Positions 58,216 to 64,000 of a stretch of DNA of 64,000 bases are shown here, piece by piece. Under the pieces are notes generated by a model, which had not been told where the DNA came from, did not search any database, and saw only the letters and a list, made by a program, of their open reading frames with translations. The position numbers and the translations under genes are program-made. Each line of letters begins with the position of its first letter. Position 1 is the first letter of the stretch. Location: positions 2,924-66,923 of the forward strand of contig JBBRTD010000002.1 in assembly GCA_038244685.1 (NCBI GenBank). The letters are read 5' to 3'. The stretch comes from Minisyncoccia bacterium (GTDB lineage Bacteria > Patescibacteriota > Minisyncoccia > Phycocordibacterales > UBA9973).

Positions 58216-58926
58216 TTATGAGACAGCTTCCACTGTTCCCATACGTTTTAACTTTTCAAATATAAGTATGTTAATAATCGCGACGACCCACAAGAAACCA
58301 AAAACAGAAAGAAAATTTTCACCGCTTCCTTTCATTATAAAAAAATTAAAGATACTATGCAAGGAAATTGCACACATTATTCCAATTATAAAATATATTG
58401 TTCTATTTTGTTTTAAATAAAAGGATAATCCAAGAGCACTTCCAATCATAGAACTTGCAATTGCGTGAAGTAGGGTAGAACCAAGGAAGCGTAAATTACC
58501 AGTAAGCATTCCTACAATACTATCACTTGTACTTAATGGTTTTATAAGATATAGAACATTTTCAAAGGCTGCAAATCCTAGAGCTGTTGCGATAAAATAC
58601 ATTGGGTAGTCTATCGGTCTTCGAACTATATTATTTCCAAAAACAATAAAAGAAACTCCGATTAATTTTAATACTTCCTCGATACCAGCCCAGACTACTA
58701 TTTGGGTGGTGTTATCCTTTATAAAATTAAGAGAAAATTTTTCCATCCACATTGCGATTAGGACTATAATACCCCCTAAAATAAATGACATTACGACAAG
58801 GCCGATTGGTTCAGGATCATCGCTATCTTCTTCGTACATCCAAAACCACAACCATAAAATAGCAGGTGCTACACCTCCTAATATTGCATATGGGATTGTA
58901 CTTGGGTTTTTGACTAATTCGTTCAT
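58216..58926 (-). CDS. PrsW-family intramembrane metalloprotease
   Basis: PEP, EEVLK, LGFAAFEN, LLHA and LHSIFN motifs. Confidence 0.9.
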   Translation of the reverse strand: MNELVKNPSTIPYAILGGVAPAILWLWFWMYEEDSDDPEPIGLVVMSFILGGIIVLIAMWMEKFSLNFIKDNTTQIVVWAGIEEVLKLIGVSFIVFGNNIVRRPIDYPMYFIATALGFAAFENVLYLIKPLSTSDSIVGMLTGNLRFLGSTLLHAIASSMIGSALGLSFYLKQNRTIYFIIGIMCAISLHSIFNFFIMKGSGENFLSVFGFLWVVAIINILIFEKLKRMGTVEAVS

Positions 58927-61109
58927 AGATTAGGCCACCTTTCAACCATTAATAATTTTTTATTTTGAACAGGCATCATACTCCATATTTCTTCAGTTAC
59001 GAATGGCATAAATGGATGAAGAACTTTTAATGTTTTTACTAACGTATTTAGTAAAAATTGAGCTCTTGAATTTTTAACTAGTTCATTTCCATTTAAGAAT
59101 ATGTCCTTACTTTCTTCTATTATGACATCTGCAAATCGAGACCAAGTGTACTGATAGATTTTTTCTCCAACTAAATAGAATTTATATTCTTCCATTTCTT
59201 TTGTTATTTCTTTTATCAGATTATCTCTTTCTTCTATTAATATTTTTTCTTTTTCTTCGTATAAGGAAAAATTTTCATCATATATAATCCCTTCGGTATT
59301 ACTTAATACAAAGCGAGTTATATTCCATAGTTTATTTGCATAATTCTTATAAGCCCTAATTTTATCTTCAGACATCTTACTGTCGTTTCCTGGGCCTGTT
59401 CCAATAATAAGCGACATACGGACAGCATCAGCTCCATACTTTTGGGATACTTCAAGTGGATCCATGGCATTACCTAACGATTTGCTCATTTTTCTTCCTT
59501 GGACATCTCTAACTATTCCTTGTAAATATACAGTCTTAAAAGGTATTTGGCCTATTAGGTATGTACTCATAAGTATCATACGAGCTACCCAAAAGAAGAT
59601 AATATCATAGCCAGTTTCAAGTACATTAGTAGGGTGGTATGTTTTAAAATCTGGGGCATCTAAATCTGGCCATCCTAGTGTCGAGAAAGTCCATAGTCCA
59701 GAAGAGAACCATGTATCGAGAGTGTCTTCATCTTGAGACCAGCCTTCTTCTTTTGGAGCCTCAATTCCGCAATAAATCTTTTCTCCTTTATACCAAACTG
59801 GTATTCTATGTCCGTACCATATTTGACGAGAGATACACCAATCACGAAGATTTTCTACCCAATTGTAATATACTTTTTCAAAACGATCAGGAATAATATT
59901 TATTCCACCACCACGAACTGCTTCAAGCATTAATTCTTTTAGTGTTTTGTTGTCTCGGTCTACAATTTGCTTATTTACATTTATGAACCATTGAAGTTTT
60001 GGTAATGGTTCAATAATACCCCCTGTTCTTTCTGCTGTGGAAATATTTTGAGTGACCTCTTCTTCTTTTTCAAGCAGACCCTCTGTTCTTAGCCATTCTA
60101 CGATTACAGTTCGAGCTTCGGTTGTTTTTTTATTTAAAATTCTTTCATCTCCCACTGTCATCTTTGCATATTCATTTATAACTTGTTTAGTAGGCAGACT
60201 GTGTCTTGTGGCAATTTCAGCATCTATTTGACTGTGGGCAGGAGTTACACCTAGAGCTCCAGTCCCAAAATCTTTTTCTACTGCATCATCTCCTATAATT
60301 TTAACTTCAAGCTTTACTCCACAAAAATTTTCAACTATATAAGTTTTTCCAATATATTCTAAATATCTTTCATCTGTAGGATTAACAGCAACGGCAACAT
60401 CTCCAACTTTTGTTTCTGGTCGAGTTGTTGATATTGAGATAGGGAAGTCGGAACTATATTTAAAAGTATAGAACTTTGCTTTTCTTTCTTCGTAAACTAT
60501 TTCGTCATCTGAAATAACTGTTTGTCCTTTTGGGTCCCAGTTTACTATTCGGTGTCCACGATAAATGAGTCCATCGTCATACATTTTTTTAAATGCAGTT
60601 CTGACGGCTAGATTTCTTTTGTCATCCAGGGTAAAAGCTTCACGAGACCAATCCACAGAAGTTCCCATTTTTTTCATTTGGCTTACTATTGTGTCATGAC
60701 TTTCCTGAGCGAATTTATTTACTCTTTTTAAGAATTCTTCTCTTCCTAAATCTGTTTTTCTTTTACCTTCTTCTTTCTCTAATATTTTTTCTACTTTTGA
60801 TTGTGTCGCAATTGCTGCATGGTCAGTTCCGGGCAGCCATAATGTTCTCATCCCTTTCATTCTTGCAAACCGAACCATGATATCTTCTATTGTAAGCATT
60901 GAAGCATGTCCGATGTGAAGTACTCCAGTAACGTTAGGAGGAGGAAGCATAATAGAAAAAGGATCTGCATCTTTTTTTGTTACTCCTTTTTCAATACAAA
61001 CATCTGGATTAAAAAATCCACTATCTTCCCATAATTTATATATATGATCTTCTGTCTCTTTAGAGTCATATGGCTTTAGGAGTTTAGGGTCTATGTTTGG
61101 TTCATTCAT
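58923..61109 (-). CDS. valS: Valine--tRNA ligase (short, lacking the C-terminal coiled coil)
   Basis: PPPNVTGVLHIGH, TTRPET, DWCISRQIWYGH and KMSKS motifs. Confidence 0.97.
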   Translation of the reverse strand: MNEPNIDPKLLKPYDSKETEDHIYKLWEDSGFFNPDVCIEKGVTKKDADPFSIMLPPPNVTGVLHIGHASMLTIEDIMVRFARMKGMRTLWLPGTDHAAIATQSKVEKILEKEEGKRKTDLGREEFLKRVNKFAQESHDTIVSQMKKMGTSVDWSREAFTLDDKRNLAVRTAFKKMYDDGLIYRGHRIVNWDPKGQTVISDDEIVYEERKAKFYTFKYSSDFPISISTTRPETKVGDVAVAVNPTDERYLEYIGKTYIVENFCGVKLEVKIIGDDAVEKDFGTGALGVTPAHSQIDAEIATRHSLPTKQVINEYAKMTVGDERILNKKTTEARTVIVEWLRTEGLLEKEEEVTQNISTAERTGGIIEPLPKLQWFINVNKQIVDRDNKTLKELMLEAVRGGGINIIPDRFEKVYYNWVENLRDWCISRQIWYGHRIPVWYKGEKIYCGIEAPKEEGWSQDEDTLDTWFSSGLWTFSTLGWPDLDAPDFKTYHPTNVLETGYDIIFFWVARMILMSTYLIGQIPFKTVYLQGIVRDVQGRKMSKSLGNAMDPLEVSQKYGADAVRMSLIIGTGPGNDSKMSEDKIRAYKNYANKLWNITRFVLSNTEGIIYDENFSLYEEKEKILIEERDNLIKEITKEMEEYKFYLVGEKIYQYTWSRFADVIIEESKDIFLNGNELVKNSRAQFLLNTLVKTLKVLHPFMPFVTEEIWSMMPVQNKKLLMVERWPNL

Positions 61110-61152
61110 ATATAAAATATAGCACTTTTTATAATTTTATTCAAAAAATAAT

Positions 61153-62460
61153 TTACAGTGACAAATTTCCTTGAGCTTTGATTTTATTTATATTTTTAGC
61201 GAACTTTTTATTTTTAGCTTGGAAGTAGCCAGCAATTGCTATCATTAAAGCATTATCTCCCGTAAGACTTCTAGAAGGGAAGTGAATTTTCATTTTTAGT
61301 TTATTTTCTTTAATTTTTTCAGTCATAACTTTCTGTAAATATGTATTTGCAGAAACACCCCCTCCTACTATTAGAGTTTGTATTTTGTATTCTTTTATTG
61401 CTTTTAGTGTTTTGTGAACTAATGTTTCTACAACTGCATTCTCAAATTCACAAGCTATTTGTTGTTTGATGCTTAAATCTTCTAATATATTAGGATTCTT
61501 TATTTTTAAATCTCGTATCAAATACAAAACGGCAGTTTTTAGTCCTGAAAAAGAAAAATCATAATCTTTTGAATAAATCATTGGGCGAGGAAGTACTATC
61601 TCTGATATTTCACTTGAAATGTTATTCCCGTCAGCACACAATAAAATTCTGCTGAATTTTTTGCTCGTGCTCGGCCCGTCGGCCTGCGCAAGGCTTCCTG
61701 GAACAACATTATCTCGCTTCATATCAGAACGTGCAGTACCTGCCATTTTTGAAATTTCTGGCCCACCTGGGTATTTAAGTCCAAGCATCCGAGCTACTTT
61801 GTCGAATGCTTCACCTGCCGCGTCATCTCTTGTCTGGCCTATTTTTTTATATTTCATAAAATCCTTAACAAGGACTAATTCTGTATGCCCGCCAGATACT
61901 AAAAGAGAAAGCATTGGAAACATTTTTTTATTTATATCAATAGTAAAGGTTTTGCCCTTTTTGGGAAAAATAGAAAAGACATGTCCCTCCATATGGTTTA
62001 CGGGCACGATTGGAATATTCCAATAAGTACTTAATGCTTTTGCAAAACTAATTCCCACCCATAAGGCTGGTTCAAGTCCAGGTCCTGTAGTAACAGCGAT
62101 TGCATCTATCTTAGGCTTTTTGATTAATGGCATTATTGTTATCCATAATTCTTTTAGTTCATTTTCTCTGTCTAAAATTTTATCAATTTTTTTTTGTTCT
62201 TTTTCTGTATAAGGGGAGACCTTAATCAAAGAATACATTTTAGCTTCCTTAAGGACTTTTTCAAGTATATGCAAAATATTTTTACCATGTTCACGTTTGG
62301 CCATCATTGGGAAAACTCCTCCATATTCGGCATGGATAGCAATTTGGGAAGATATTTCATTCCCTAATACTTTGAATTTAACTTTTTTACCTTCTTTTTG
62401 TGCTTCGATAATAGATATTGCTGTCTCGTCACAAGAAGTTTCAATTGCTAATAATTTCAT
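61153..62460 (-). CDS. tsaD: tRNA N6-threonylcarbamoyladenosine transferase TsaD with a ~40-aa insertion
   Basis: IETSCDET, HMEGH, LVSGGHT, DDAAGEAFDK, FSFSGLKT and DNALMIA motifs; start at 62460. Confidence 0.96.
   Translation of the reverse strand: MKLLAIETSCDETAISIIEAQKEGKKVKFKVLGNEISSQIAIHAEYGGVFPMMAKREHGKNILHILEKVLKEAKMYSLIKVSPYTEKEQKKIDKILDRENELKELWITIMPLIKKPKIDAIAVTTGPGLEPALWVGISFAKALSTYWNIPIVPVNHMEGHVFSIFPKKGKTFTIDINKKMFPMLSLLVSGGHTELVLVKDFMKYKKIGQTRDDAAGEAFDKVARMLGLKYPGGPEISKMAGTARSDMKRDNVVPGSLAQADGPSTSKKFSRILLCADGNNISSEISEIVLPRPMIYSKDYDFSFSGLKTAVLYLIRDLKIKNPNILEDLSIKQQIACEFENAVVETLVHKTLKAIKEYKIQTLIVGGGVSANTYLQKVMTEKIKENKLKMKIHFPSRSLTGDNALMIAIAGYFQAKNKKFAKNINKIKAQGNLSL
61601..61728. 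repeat. ~128-bp multi-stem palindromic element inside tsaD
   Basis: TCTGATAT/ATATCAGA outer arms, AATGTTATTCC/GGAACAACATT inner arms, AAAATTC-TGCT-GAATTTT hairpin and a GC-rich core. Confidence 0.75.
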
Positions 62461-62517
62461 AAAAATACTATAACACAAGGGTTTTTATTTGACTATTATT
62501 TGTGATAGAATAAGTTC

Positions 62518-63111
62518 ATGAATAAAAAGCATATTATTACTATAGCTGGTAAGCTTGGAAGTGGTAAATCTTCTACAGCGAAAATGGTAGCAGACATCCT
62601 TGATTACACTCATTACTCAACTGGTGATTTTATGCGATCTATAGCAGACGATAAGGGTGTTTCTCTTGGCGAATTAAGTAAAATGGCGGAGACCGATCTT
62701 TCTATTGATAAAATGTTAGACGATAGAAATTTAGGAATAGGAGAAATGGAAAACGTTGTCCTTGATTCAAGGCTCGGTTTTTATTTTATTCCAAATTCTT
62801 TTAAGGTATTTCTTGAACTTGATCCAGAAACGGCGTCAGAGAGAATTTTGAAAGACAAAGAGAGTAATCCAAATAGAAGTAAGGAAGATAGCGATTCTTT
62901 TAATACAAAGGAAAGTATATTAGAAAAAATTAATCATCGTCTTTTAAGTGAAAGAAAAAGATATAAAGATTTATATGAGATAGAAGACCATACTTCTCCT
63001 GATAATTTCGACCTTGTTATAAATACAAAAGAAATTTCGCTTAAGGAAGTTTCCAAAAAAGTCATAGAAGGATATAGTAATTGGCTAAATAATTTTATAC
63101 CAAAAGAGTAA
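62518..63111 (+). CDS. cmk: Cytidylate kinase (archaeal-type)
   Basis: ITIAGKLGSGKSS, STGDFMR, DSRLG, RY..LY.I and FDLVINT motifs. Confidence 0.82.
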   Translation: MNKKHIITIAGKLGSGKSSTAKMVADILDYTHYSTGDFMRSIADDKGVSLGELSKMAETDLSIDKMLDDRNLGIGEMENVVLDSRLGFYFIPNSFKVFLELDPETASERILKDKESNPNRSKEDSDSFNTKESILEKINHRLLSERKRYKDLYEIEDHTSPDNFDLVINTKEISLKEVSKKVIEGYSNWLNNFIPKE

Positions 63112-63133
63112 TACAATATTAAATTTACAATAT

Positions 63134-64000
63134 ATGAAAATACTTAATAATTTATTAAACGAAATATTTGTTGTAGACATGCATGGAAACATTGATAATC
63201 CTGTTTCTTCAATTTCTCTGAATTCTAAGAATATAAAATCAAATTCATTATTCGTTGCCTTAGAAGGTAATGTGGTGGATGGTCATGTTTTTATCGAAGA
63301 AGTTATAGAGAAGGGCGCTACTACTATTGTTTACGAAAAGGATCCTAGTGAATTTCATGCAGGTGTTACTTATGTAAAAGTTGCTGATAGCCATACAGCT
63401 ATGGGCGTTATAGCAAATAATTTTTACGGTGAGCCATCTCGTAAAATGAAGTTAGTTGGAGTGACTGGCACAAACGGAAAGACAACAACTGCAACACTTC
63501 TTCATCAATTATTTCGAGATTTAGGACATAAAGCTGGAATGATAGGAACTGTCGTAAATAAGATTAACGATAAATCATTTGAATCTAGTCGCACAACACC
63601 AGATTCTGTAACTTTAAATGAGTTACTTGCAGAAATGGTGGACGATGGATGTGAGTATTGTTTTATGGAAATAAGTTCACATTCTGTTTGCGAGAAAAGA
63701 ATATCAGGTCTTTACTTTATCGGTGGAATTTTCACAAATCTTACCTTGGATCATTTGGATTATCATAAAACTTTTGAAAATTATTGTGAAGCCAAAAAAA
63801 GATTTTTTGATGTTCTTCCTTCTCATGGTTTTGCTATTGCTAATATAGATGATGGAAAAGGGGAATATATGTTAAGTACTACTAAAGCCAATAAATACAC
63901 CTTGAGTCTAAAAAAGGAAGCAGATTTTACTGATAGATTAGAAACGAAACTTATCGGAGAATTTAATGCCTATAATATTTTAGGAGTTTATGCGGCGGCT
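63134..64000 (+). CDS. murE: UDP-N-acetylmuramyl-tripeptide synthetase MurE (3'-truncated; absent from the ORF track)
   Basis: Hand translation from ATG 63134: LFVALEG..VDGH.FI, VGVTGTNGKTT, TTPD, MEISSH, FTNLTLDHLDYH, FNAYN. Confidence 0.93.
   Translation, partial: MKILNNLLNEIFVVDMHGNIDNPVSSISLNSKNIKSNSLFVALEGNVVDGHVFIEEVIEKGATTIVYEKDPSEFHAGVTYVKVADSHTAMGVIANNFYGEPSRKMKLVGVTGTNGKTTTATLLHQLFRDLGHKAGMIGTVVNKINDKSFESSRTTPDSVTLNELLAEMVDDGCEYCFMEISSHSVCEKRISGLYFIGGIFTNLTLDHLDYHKTFENYCEAKKRFFDVLPSHGFAIANIDDGKGEYMLSTTKANKYTLSLKKEADFTDRLETKLIGEFNAYNILGVYAAA

Noticed and set aside
58923-61109. valS as a truncated pseudogene
   Set aside because: All catalytic motifs are present and the stop overlaps the next start; loss of the C-terminal coiled coil is a known compact form.
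61601-61728. Intein or group I/II intron in tsaD
   Set aside because: Far too short, with no intein C/S...HN ends and no recognisable intron core.
3114-63116. Short antisense or nested ORFs in the track (for example 10604-10918, 21171-21524, 35780-36133, 53850-54188, 61619-62026)
   Set aside because: They lie within well-supported genes and show no motifs or expression signals.
1-64000. Alternative genetic code (TGA as Gly or Trp)
   Set aside because: Conserved genes are full length under code 11, and TGA ends genes at plausible positions (12294, 16712, 40770).

Overview
AT-rich chromosomal segment read with the standard bacterial code (TGA is a stop). The gene content suggests a Patescibacteria/CPR (Parcubacteria-like) genome, which is an inference: two VirD4/TraD-like ATPases, lamin-tail and FN3/Calx-beta surface proteins, compact LeuS/ValS, HTH-fused MurA, DUF5671. 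It is mostly housekeeping (engB, murA/B/E/J, alr, rpmG, miaA, ychF, tsaC, tsaD, leuS, valS, lepA, cmk) with six tRNAs and a two-component-linked GH26/GT2/deacetylase cluster. The most notable items are: (1) a ~7.5 kb island (34496-41989) bounded by a 42-bp duplication of the ychF promoter and 5' end, carrying Type III mod-res, an uncalled 43-aa very acidic ORF, a stand-alone FtsK-gamma domain, a ClpS-like protein, a wHTH-like protein and a SAM-I-riboswitch-controlled metK, with no GATC found by eye over 6.6 kb; (2) structured non-coding elements behind tRNAs that contain direct and inverted copies of the tRNA 3' end; (3) palindromic elements inserted in frame in miaA and tsaD; (4) a pervasive -10 box/6 nt/ATG (leaderless) promoter layout, with alr starting 1 nt after tRNA-Leu. 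All family calls come from motif recognition by eye; no database searches were run.
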